Source: Actinomycetes bacterium (GTDB lineage: Bacteria; Actinomycetota; Thermoleophilia; BMS3ABIN01). Taken from it: 64,000 bases of DNA. The stretch covers positions 4,563-68,562 of the forward strand of contig JAJRWQ010000042.1 in assembly GCA_024276735.1 (NCBI GenBank), in the 5' to 3' direction. The notes beneath the pieces were generated by a model. That model was not told the DNA's origin. It saw only the letters and a list, made by a program, of their open reading frames with translations, and made no database searches. Numbering within the stretch: position 1 is the first letter of the stretch; each line of letters opens with the position of its first letter. Positions 38,291-47,055 of the stretch are shown here, piece after piece. The position numbers were made by a program, and so were the translations under genes.

Positions 38291-39733
38291 ATGCAACCGG
38301 CAGAGATGGTTCCCCGGGAGGTCAAGGGGATGAACAAGACCGCCGCGGCCGTGGCGGTAGTGGCGGGGCTGATCATCACCTACCTGTGGCTGGGAAATCC
38401 ACTGGTACTCCTTTTCCTGATCATCGGAACGGTGGCCCTGATCGCGGTTTCGGACCTCTACCGGGGCTTCATCATCCTCCTGGTGGCGACGCAGTTCAAC
38501 GGTTACCGCTTCAATGTCGGAGCCTATACCATCCGCATCGAACACCTGGTTCTCCTGCTGCTCATCATTGTCTGGACGGCCAATTTTCTGCAGGGCCGCG
38601 TCCGCTGGCACAAGACCATGCTCAACAAGCCGATACTGGCCTTGATCATCACGGGGTTCGTTTCCTCGTACCTGTTCTCACCGGACGTGGTGAAAAGCTA
38701 CCAGGGAGTAATGCTGCAGATGCTCTACATCAGCATGTACTTCATGGCAGTGAATGTTCTCCTCGAGTACCCCGACAAGGTCAAGCAGGTGATCAAGATC
38801 TTCCTGGTCATTGGCGTCGCTCACGCCGTCTGGGCGCTGGTGGCCCTGGTCTTGTACCAGGCCGGTGTTTTCGTGGGCGGCATTTCACCTGGTAATTTTG
38901 GTACCCTGGGTCTTCCCGCAACTAGGGGGTTCCTGCAGGAGAGCGACCTGATGGGCGCTTACGGCGGCGTAATACTGTTGTTACTGCTGGCTCATTTCAT
39001 CAGCTACCGGCCTACTTACCTGGCGCGTCGCTGGGTCCTGCTGGCGGCCATGATTCCGCCGTTCATCGTCATCATCACCGCCATGGCACGGGCGGCGTGG
39101 CTGGGCATCTCCTTCTGCCTGGTGTTGATGATCTTCATGCTTCGTCCCCGGTTCAACGTGATCAACCCCAAGACACTGGGCGTGTTGATTACATCGCTGG
39201 TACTTTTCGTGGCCCTGGTCTTTCCCACGGTCAACTACGTGATGTCGACCGTTTCGGGAACCGAGAACGCGCTGGTGAAGAGGATCCAGGCGATCCTCGA
39301 TTTTGAAAGCGGCTCCGGCGCCGGCAGGGTGAGGGTTCAGAAGCTGGCGATCGAAGAATGGAAGGAATCGCCGTGGCTGGGCAGTGGCCTGTTCTCGATC
39401 CAGGGCGAGGATCTCCCTTCCGGTCACTGGCTGTACAGTACGCTCATCCAGGCCCTGCACGATACCGGCCTGGTAGGTTTCCTGCTCACGCTATGGATTC
39501 ACCTGGGAGTGATCGTCAGCAGCTTCGCGGCGATGATGAAGACTCGTGACCCCTTCATGAAGGCGACACTCGTAGGCTTCGGCATGGGGGCGATCACCAT
39601 CGCCGTCTCGTCACAGGCATCTTCGTTCTTCTGGCTCGGGTTTCCCTGGTTGTTCATGGGCATCGTCATGGCGGTTTCCATCATGGCGAAGGGCGGGGTA
39701 ACGGTGGCCACGCGAACAGGTGGTGCGACGTAA
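38291..39733 (+). CDS. O-antigen polymerase/ligase family membrane protein 2
   Basis: Multi-TM; ARAAWLG, SGAGR, SPWLGSG and HDTGLVG motifs. Confidence 0.75.
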   Translation: MQPAEMVPREVKGMNKTAAAVAVVAGLIITYLWLGNPLVLLFLIIGTVALIAVSDLYRGFIILLVATQFNGYRFNVGAYTIRIEHLVLLLLIIVWTANFLQGRVRWHKTMLNKPILALIITGFVSSYLFSPDVVKSYQGVMLQMLYISMYFMAVNVLLEYPDKVKQVIKIFLVIGVAHAVWALVALVLYQAGVFVGGISPGNFGTLGLPATRGFLQESDLMGAYGGVILLLLLAHFISYRPTYLARRWVLLAAMIPPFIVIITAMARAAWLGISFCLVLMIFMLRPRFNVINPKTLGVLITSLVLFVALVFPTVNYVMSTVSGTENALVKRIQAILDFESGSGAGRVRVQKLAIEEWKESPWLGSGLFSIQGEDLPSGHWLYSTLIQALHDTGLVGFLLTLWIHLGVIVSSFAAMMKTRDPFMKATLVGFGMGAITIAVSSQASSFFWLGFPWLFMGIVMAVSIMAKGGVTVATRTGGAT

Positions 39734-39737
39734 GGTC

Positions 39738-40877
39738 ATGCGGGTAGTCATCGACGCACATGCCATCGGCGAACGCCTGACCGGCAACGAAACGTACATC
39801 ACCAACCTGATCGACAACCTGGTTGCGCTGGATGGCGGGATGGAGCTGACGCTGCTGTTTACCCACAAGGATGCCGAAGAAGAATGGCGATCGAGGCACG
39901 ACGGGGTGAAAACAGTGCTGGTGAGACCCGCAAATCCACTGGTGAGAATCCCCCTGGCGATGCCACTGGTGTCGAGACTGCGGAAGGCCGATATTCTTCA
40001 TGTTCAATACGTGGGACCGCCGGTGTCATCGCTGCCACTGGTGGTCACCGTGCATGACATCTCCTACGAACATTACCCGGAGTTTTTCACGCGCCGGTAA
40101 GCGCTGCAGTTCAAGCTCACTATTCCCTACACCGCGCGCAAGGCTGCCAGGGTGTTGACCGTGTCCGAGTTCTGCCGCAAGGACATCATTGATCGCTATG
40201 GTTTGCCGGAAGACAAGGTGGTGGTGACGTATGACGGCGTCGACGCCCGCTTCTTCGAGCCAGCGACGCCCGGGGAGATCGAGCAAACGAGGAAGAAGTA
40301 CGGCATCGGTGATGCCTACATCCTCACCGTTGGCAATCTCCAGCCGCGGAAGAACCTGGTGAGACTGATCGCTGCTTACTCACGGTTGCGGCGGGCGCGG
40401 CCGGACATCCGTCACCAGCTGGTGATCGTGGGCAAGAAAGCCTGGAAATATCACCCGATCATGAAGTCGGTGAAAGATTCGCCCTGGGCGGACGATATCA
40501 TTCTCACCGATTACATTCCTGACGAAGACCTGCCCGCGCTCTACAGGGGTGCCGCGGTAATGGCGTACCCTTCGATGTTCGAGGGTTTCGGGCTGCCGCC
40601 ACTGGAGGCCATGGCGTGCGGCACGCCGGTGGTGGTATCGGATCGCTCGGCGCTGCCAGAGGTGGTTGGCGGTGCCGGCATCAAGGTCTACCCGTACGAT
40701 GTCGAGGAGATAGCGTCGGCCATCGCCGCCGTGCTGCTTGACGAGGATGTCGCTGCCTGGTTCGGGCGCGCCGGTGAGAAAAGGGCGACCCGCTTTACCT
40801 GGGAGCAGTGCGCGAAGAGAACCATGCAAGTATACGAAGAAGTCTACCGGATGGCACGCGGAAGGAGCGGAAATTGA
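39738..40877 (+). pseudogene. GT4 glycosyltransferase interrupted by an in-frame TAA (40098-40100); pseudogene or sequence error
   Basis: Reads HDISYEHYPEFFTRR*ALQFKL...VLTVS in one frame; QPRKN and EGFGLPPLEAMACG motifs. Confidence 0.8.
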
Positions 40878-42019
40878 AGATTTCCATGCTGGGCACCAGG
40901 GGCATTCCGGCCAACTACAGCGGCTTCGAGACCGCCGTGGAGGCCATCAGTACCCGTCTGGCGGCAAGGGGACACCAGGTGAGCGTCTATTGCCGTCCCC
41001 ACATGGTGGACTTCGAGGGTGAAGATTACCGGGGGGTGCGCCTGGTGCACCTGCCCACGGTGAAGAACAAGTTTCTCGACACCATAGTGCATACGTTTAT
41101 CAGTACCGTGCACATGGGTATCTTCAATCGCCCGGACGTGGCCGTCTACTTCATTGCCGGCAACAGCCCTTGTGCCCTGCTGTCCCGGCTGCTTGGTATC
41201 CCGTCTCTCATCAATGTTGATGGCCTCGATTCGCATCGCCAGAAGTGGAACCGGCTGGCGAGGAAGTATATCCGCTTAGCCGAATGGTTTTCACCCGTTG
41301 CCGCCAACCGCGTCATTTCCGACTCCCGCGTCATAAAAAAATATTACCGGGAGCGCTACGGCAAGGACAGCGACTTCATCCCCTACGGGGCCGACGTGCT
41401 TCAGGAGCAAGGAACTGAAACCCTGGAACAGTTCGGGCTGGAGGCTGGCCAATATGTCCTGTTCGTCGGTCGCCCGGTGCCCGAGAACTGCGCCCACGTA
41501 CTCATCAAGGCTTTCGAGAAGATTGAAACCGACATGAAGCTGGTGATAGTCGGCGATGCGCCCTACGCGGAAGAGTACATCGACGAGTTGCGCGCCACGA
41601 AGGACGAGAGAGTGATTTTCACCGGCTACCTCTTTGGAGAAGGTTACCGCCAGCTGAGCTATCATTGCGGGGTGTTCGTAGTGCCCACGGAGGTTGGTGG
41701 CACCCACCCGGTAATCCTGGAGGCGATGGCGGCCGGCGCCTGCCTGCTGGTGAATAATCATCCACCCAACCTGGAGTGCATCGGTGATGCCGGTGCCAGT
41801 TACGATGGCAGCAGGGGTGAAGAGGGCCTGCGCGAGGAGCTAGAGAAGCTGCTGGACGACCCGGATCTCAGGCGGCGGTTGAAGAAGAAGGCAGTGGAGA
41901 GGGTGCGCAGCGAGTATAATTGGGACCGGGTGGCGTCCATGTACGAAGAGCTTTGCGGTCGTTACGCAAGGAAGGGTTTCAGGAAGTCCGGAAAGCCGCT
42001 GGGAGAGGGTGGAACATGA
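40874..42019 (+). CDS. GT4 glycosyltransferase (DUF1972/WchF-like N-terminus)
   Basis: GTRGIPANYSGFET, NVDGL and VGGTHP.ILEAM motifs. Confidence 0.9.
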   Translation: MKISMLGTRGIPANYSGFETAVEAISTRLAARGHQVSVYCRPHMVDFEGEDYRGVRLVHLPTVKNKFLDTIVHTFISTVHMGIFNRPDVAVYFIAGNSPCALLSRLLGIPSLINVDGLDSHRQKWNRLARKYIRLAEWFSPVAANRVISDSRVIKKYYRERYGKDSDFIPYGADVLQEQGTETLEQFGLEAGQYVLFVGRPVPENCAHVLIKAFEKIETDMKLVIVGDAPYAEEYIDELRATKDERVIFTGYLFGEGYRQLSYHCGVFVVPTEVGGTHPVILEAMAAGACLLVNNHPPNLECIGDAGASYDGSRGEEGLREELEKLLDDPDLRRRLKKKAVERVRSEYNWDRVASMYEELCGRYARKGFRKSGKPLGEGGT

Positions 42020-43707
42020 GCAAGAATGACGAGAAGTTGCTGATAATCGGGTTCGATGGCGCCAGCCCGAACCTGTTGGAACGATGGGTGGAGGAAGGAA
42101 AGCTGCCCACGATTGCCAGGCTGATGGAAGAGGGAGCATACGGTTCCCTGCGCTCGGTGCCCACCATGAGCAGTCCCCCGGCGTGGTCCAGCCTGGTCAC
42201 CGGCAAGAATCCCGGCAAGCACGGCATCTTCGCCTTTACCGAGCGCAAATTCGACGAGTATCGATATTCATACGTGAACGGCTCCCACAGGAAGGAGCCC
42301 GCCTTCTGGAAGCTGCTGGGTGATGACCTGGTGCTCTGCATAATCAACGTTCCCATCTCCTATCCAGCCGAGAAAGTGAACGGTTGCATGATCGCCGGCC
42401 TGGATGCGCCGGGGGTCGACAGCAGCCGCGTCTGCTACCCGGAGGGATTGATCGAGGAGCTCACCGACAGGAACGGCCGCTACAGCATCATGCCGGACTT
42501 CGGCGGCTTTCTCAGGCGCGGCGCCCGCTGGGGGGCGACGCTCCGGGAATTCCTGGACTCAATGGACAGGCGCAGGCGGCACTCGGAATACCTGATGCAG
42601 AAGTACCCATGGGATCTATTCAAGGTAGTATTCAACGAGACCGACCTGGCACACCATTTCTTCTGGAAGTTCCAGGACCCGGAACACCCGGACTATCGCG
42701 AGAGCGAAGCACGCGAGTTCGGGGACGCGATTCTCAAGGTATACCAGAAGATGGACGAGATCACGGCGGCATTCATGCAGCAGGCGCCCGGTGCCACCGT
42801 GATGCTGGTCTCGGACCACGGGGGTGCCATCAATACCAGGGGCACCGAGCTGATAAACGACTGGCTGGCGAACCTTGGCCTGTACAGCCGGGACGAGAGA
42901 GGGGGAAAGGGGCTGCCCTCGCGTATCGTGGAGGCGGTAACGCGGAGCGGTTACAATCTCCTCACGAAGTATCTTTCACAGAGCCTGAAGCACAAGCTGG
43001 CGAGACGCATGCCGCAGATGCGCGAAAAGGCAGAGGCGGCCGTCCGCCTCAAGGATATCGACTGGTCGCGCACCCGAGCCTTCTGTGACGGTGCCCAGGA
43101 TGACATATGGATCAATCTCGCCGGCCGCGACCCCCAGGGAATAGTCGACGAGGGCGAATACGACCAGCTGTGTGACTTCATTTGCGAGGAGCTGGGCCAG
43201 GCCGTCGACGTGGTGACCGGCGAGAGCATCGTCGACGCCGTGTTCAGGCCCAGGGACGTGTACAGCGGCGACTACGTCCACAAGGCAGCCGACATCAGTG
43301 TCCGCTGGAAGACGGAAAAGGTCATATACGGAATCTCCACCCCTGCCTGCAAGGGCAAGGTGATCGAGCCGAAGAAGTGGACGTGGGAGGCGGATCATCC
43401 CAACGGCGGGCACAGCCTCGACGGCATCGTCCTTGCTGCCTGTGAAGGGATCAGGAGCGGTACCAGGGTGGAGGATGCCGAGATAGCGGACATTGCGCCA
43501 ACCGTTCTCTATCTCTTCGATCGCGAGATACCGGCCGACATGGACGGCAGGGTCCTGGAAGGTATTTTCGACGAGGACCGCCTCTCATCACGCCCACCGC
43601 GCATCGCCGCCACCGGCAGCGACAAGGTGCAGAAGGACGAGGATATCTACACCGACGAAGACTCCGACGTGATCGAAAAGCGCCTGCAGGACCTGGGTTA
43701 CATCTAG
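42016..43707 (+). CDS. NPP-like alkaline phosphatase family protein 3 (C-terminal RLQDLGYI)
   Basis: IGFDG, SPPAW..TGKNPGKHG, SDHG and NLAGRDPQG motifs. Confidence 0.88.
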   Translation: MSKNDEKLLIIGFDGASPNLLERWVEEGKLPTIARLMEEGAYGSLRSVPTMSSPPAWSSLVTGKNPGKHGIFAFTERKFDEYRYSYVNGSHRKEPAFWKLLGDDLVLCIINVPISYPAEKVNGCMIAGLDAPGVDSSRVCYPEGLIEELTDRNGRYSIMPDFGGFLRRGARWGATLREFLDSMDRRRRHSEYLMQKYPWDLFKVVFNETDLAHHFFWKFQDPEHPDYRESEAREFGDAILKVYQKMDEITAAFMQQAPGATVMLVSDHGGAINTRGTELINDWLANLGLYSRDERGGKGLPSRIVEAVTRSGYNLLTKYLSQSLKHKLARRMPQMREKAEAAVRLKDIDWSRTRAFCDGAQDDIWINLAGRDPQGIVDEGEYDQLCDFICEELGQAVDVVTGESIVDAVFRPRDVYSGDYVHKAADISVRWKTEKVIYGISTPACKGKVIEPKKWTWEADHPNGGHSLDGIVLAACEGIRSGTRVEDAEIADIAPTVLYLFDREIPADMDGRVLEGIFDEDRLSSRPPRIAATGSDKVQKDEDIYTDEDSDVIEKRLQDLGYI

Positions 43708-43760
43708 GTCTTCGGCGGGCACCATTCCGCCCGGCTCGCAGGCACGTCGGGCTTCCTGGC

Positions 43761-43790
43761 AACCGCAGCTGTAACCAGCTGCGGTTTTTC
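43761..43790 (+). terminator. Intrinsic terminator ending the polysaccharide operon
   Basis: AACCGCAGCTG-TAAC-CAGCTGCGGTT followed by TTT. Confidence 0.85.
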
Positions 43791-43914
43791 TCGGTGGACG
43801 CATCAAGGCCCGGGCACCAGTTTCCGAAACTAATAGTGGAACTAGCGTAAGACGCTTTCGGAAGTACCCTTAACAGGCACATGGTTCGGGGGAGGCACCG
43901 GCTTCCGAGAGCGA

Positions 43915-44000
43915 TACCTGGAAAGGGCAAACCCGTCACGAGGCGGGGGCGCAAAGCCAAGGGTCTCTCCAGCTGGGAGACAGCCTGGCTGCCAAAGGGG
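43915..44000 (+). ncRNA. c-di-GMP-I (GEMM-I) riboswitch
   Basis: GGGCAAACCCGTC-ACGA-GGCGGG-GGCGCAAAGCC-AAGGGTCTC...GAGACAGCCTGGCTGCC matches the GGCAAACC...GG.CGCAAAG...GGUCU...UGCC consensus. Confidence 0.88.
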
Positions 44001-44010
44001 TAAGGTAACG

Positions 44011-45810
44011 GTGCCGAAGAAGAACGTGCTTCTGGCTGCTCTCGTGGGGGCCTTCTTCCTGATCCTGGTCGTAGCGGAGGCTCCCGTCAGCAGTTCCCTG
44101 GCGGGTGAAGTGGGGATTCCGCCGGGGTACGGAGCCGCCACCGGCGGCAACGGATTCGTATTTTCCGACGACACCTCCGCCAAGAAACTCACGCTGGAAA
44201 ATGCCAACCTGAAGATCGTCTGGCATTACGGTTACCAGAGGACCGAGTTCAACAACCGCGGCGGCGGCAACATCTACGAGCTGTACGACAAGCGTACCGA
44301 CCCCCAGGCGGTGCGTAACCTGGTGGGCAACATCGACTACGGGACCGGGAGCACTGGCCCGCCCCTGATCGGAATCGGTGGCCTGGGATCGACGTATCTC
44401 TACGGCGCCGGCCTGGGGAATCCGGCCACCGGCGACAATGGTCACTTCGCGCGGCTGGTCGACGGCAGCATGTCATATTATGTCGACGCCGACGGTAACG
44501 CCGTGTTCACCGCGGCCTACATCGTCAGGAAGTGGGTCCTGCCTTATTCACCGGACTCTCCTGACAATTACCGGGTGGACAAGAAATGGACGGTGTACCC
44601 GGAGGGGCAGATCAAGTACGAGGTGAAAGTGACGCTGCTGAGGGATTTCACTGCACCCGACCCGGGCATCGCCGAGCCTTATTACGGGTTCGTGTTCAGC
44701 CGGGATTACGGTTGGACCAAGGCGGCTGCCTGGAGGCACGATCGCCACGACGTCACCAGGCGCGGACCTTGCCAGAATACCGGTTCGGATGGTTACGCAA
44801 ACAGCGCCAACGGGTTCCTGACCTTCAACGACATCGACAGCAACGATCATGCCATCTCCGACCGTAACTACTCGTTGGGACATACGCAGTACTTCACGCT
44901 CTACGGGCAGCAGAACGGGGTTTCCGTCCGCGTGAAAATGGACAACGGTGGCAAGGGTTTCGAGAACGGCGGCCTCTTTGCCTTCGGGTCGGAGAAGTGG
45001 GGCGGCCTGGCCGAGAACGTGACCTCGGAGTTTTCCAATGCCAACCTGTTGCCAACGCAGGCTTCATACGGACTGGGCCGCGGCTACTCCATTCACTGGT
45101 ATGGGTGGTGGGGTGGCGGTGCTCCTCCACCGGAACGGTACCGCACGGCACACGCGGGAGAATCCTGGTCGGATACTTTCTCGATCGAGCTGCTGACCAA
45201 CAGCGACCTGGCCTCGCCCCGTGTCGAGAACGTGCGGACCACCGAAGAGATTTCTTCGGCGACGGTGGAATGGGATACCAACGTGGCCTCGAGCACCGTG
45301 CTCGAATACTGGGAGCGCGGCAGCAATACGCGCCACCGGGTGAGCGTGGATGGCTGGACTCCGAAACACAAGGTGGTGCTGAACTCGCTAAGGGCCGGAA
45401 AGACCTATGATTTCGAGATCGTCAGCGGCGACGGATCGGGCGAGACGCGCACCAGCGGTTCGTTTGCCACCAATGCCGGCGTCTTCCTCGACCTCGGCCA
45501 GGAATCCGTCAGGTGGGACAGTTATGCAGATTACACCAACCGCCTGCTGACTGTGGACTTCGTCGCCCGTAATCTCGGGAGCGAACCTTTCAACCAGGCG
45601 GAGATAGTAGCGGTTAACAACAGTTCGGGGGTTGAAACCAGGCGGTACACCGCGCAGCTCGGCGACCTCGCCGTCGGCGACAGCGTGCAGTTCCAGGTGG
45701 CCTACTTCGTGCCGGTGGGCGTGCGCTCATTCAAGACGGAGCTCGTTTTCAAGGGCTTCAACAGCAGCGGCACGGAAATCTTCTTCCCGCAGGTTCCTCC
45801 CGGGTTCTGA
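44011..45810 (+). CDS. Secreted protein (599 aa): beta-rich N-terminal domain, FN3-like domain and C-terminal beta-sandwich
   Basis: Signal peptide; ATVEW.TN..S..V.Y...H.V.L..L..G..Y.F FN3 pattern. Confidence 0.75.
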   Translation: MPKKNVLLAALVGAFFLILVVAEAPVSSSLAGEVGIPPGYGAATGGNGFVFSDDTSAKKLTLENANLKIVWHYGYQRTEFNNRGGGNIYELYDKRTDPQAVRNLVGNIDYGTGSTGPPLIGIGGLGSTYLYGAGLGNPATGDNGHFARLVDGSMSYYVDADGNAVFTAAYIVRKWVLPYSPDSPDNYRVDKKWTVYPEGQIKYEVKVTLLRDFTAPDPGIAEPYYGFVFSRDYGWTKAAAWRHDRHDVTRRGPCQNTGSDGYANSANGFLTFNDIDSNDHAISDRNYSLGHTQYFTLYGQQNGVSVRVKMDNGGKGFENGGLFAFGSEKWGGLAENVTSEFSNANLLPTQASYGLGRGYSIHWYGWWGGGAPPPERYRTAHAGESWSDTFSIELLTNSDLASPRVENVRTTEEISSATVEWDTNVASSTVLEYWERGSNTRHRVSVDGWTPKHKVVLNSLRAGKTYDFEIVSGDGSGETRTSGSFATNAGVFLDLGQESVRWDSYADYTNRLLTVDFVARNLGSEPFNQAEIVAVNNSSGVETRRYTAQLGDLAVGDSVQFQVAYFVPVGVRSFKTELVFKGFNSSGTEIFFPQVPPGF

Positions 45811-45846
45811 GGTGCAGGCAACAGCGGCGTCGGGTGAAAAAGTCCC

Positions 45847-47055
45847 TCAACGCCTGAAGATACCCTTCAAAAAATCTGTGGCCACCCCGCGGTTCTTGTA
45901 GCCCGCCTTCAGCAGCGTTTTCGCCTTGCCCAGGGCGCCGGACTTCACCTCGGCGGCCTTTGCGGAATCGCCCTTGCTGGCAAAGGGCCTGGCCATTATC
46001 TCCCGCAGAACCTCCAGCCTGTCCCGGTAGCCGTTGACCAGGATCAGCTTCCATAGCCTGCGGGGCAGGTGGTCGGCAAGTATATCCTCCTCGATTATCC
46101 CGGTCAGCCTTTCACCCCACCAGCCGGCGCCAGCCTGGGCGCGAATATCCGCCATGAATGCCGGGGGGGCATGGGCACCCAGTACGTCGGTGGCCAGGCG
46201 GAGGGAATAGTAGACGCACCTGCTTATGCCGTGAACGGCGGAATCTGCCAGCACCTGCTCCCAGTCCATGGCATCGCCGTATTCAACCAGCACGGCATGG
46301 ATATCGGTCAATTCACGCAGGTTCTCCCAGTGATGCTTGTACTGGTGCAGGCACAGGTGCATCAGCTGGTTCTCGGGCGAGAAGATGAGCACCTCCTTCC
46401 CGCCGACTTTCTTTTTCACTGCCTTCCGGTGGAAGCGTTCGATGTCGATGCTGTAAGGAGCCAGCTTGTCCAGGAGGTCCCAGTGAATCTCGGCGACGGT
46501 ACCCTGGTTCACGTACGACCACTCGCAGCCCAGTTGCTCGTTGAGGTGATCGGGATTGCGATAACACCCCGATACGAGCTCGTATCCCAGCCTGGGCATG
46601 ATCTCTTTTGCTGCCGGAAGATCCTGCCTGCGGATCAGCAGATCGAGGTCGGTAAAAGGCCGCAATCCCGGGTCCGGGTAAACGGTCATGCACAGCGCAG
46701 GTCCCTTGAGGATGAAAAGGGGAATTCCCCTGTCGTTGAATGCCTCCAGCAACGGTTCCAGACGTTTCATCAGCCGACTGTTGTTCATGAGCGAGTAGAC
46801 GTAGGATTTCCTGAGTCCTTCGAAAATCTCGCCGGGGACGGCGTCGCGGCCAGCATCTTCGACAGATCCCAGGTGATGGAAGAGCAGCGGCGAGACGCGG
46901 TGGCGGTTCGACTTGTCGAGCACCCAGCGCCAGTCCTGGATCGATCGCACCAGGAGACCCAGTCTTTCCTGTTCGCCCGGCTCAAGCGCGACACGTTAAC
47001 AAAGCAGCATCAGTTGCTTTTCCGGGAGATGGTTCGTTCCGGGTTGACCGTTCAT
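45847..47055 (-). CDS. Nucleotidyltransferase family protein (NTP_transf_5, lasso-cluster type); one in-frame TAA at 46996-46998
   Basis: ILKGPAL...YPD.GLR...DLDLL, EIHW and HLCLH motifs; ATG 47055 overlaps the upstream TGA and reads MNGQ..PEKQLMLLC*RVAL in frame. Confidence 0.82.

Noticed and set aside
43822..43863. Inverted repeat TTCCGAAA...TTTCGGAA upstream of the riboswitch
   Set aside because: Could be an operator, but the spacing is long and I cannot assign a regulator
13823..46998. Genome-wide reassignment of TAA/TAG
   Set aside because: Many conserved genes end correctly at TAA or TAG (cooS, acsD, folD, acsE, hemW), and the implied residues differ (Glu versus Ser)
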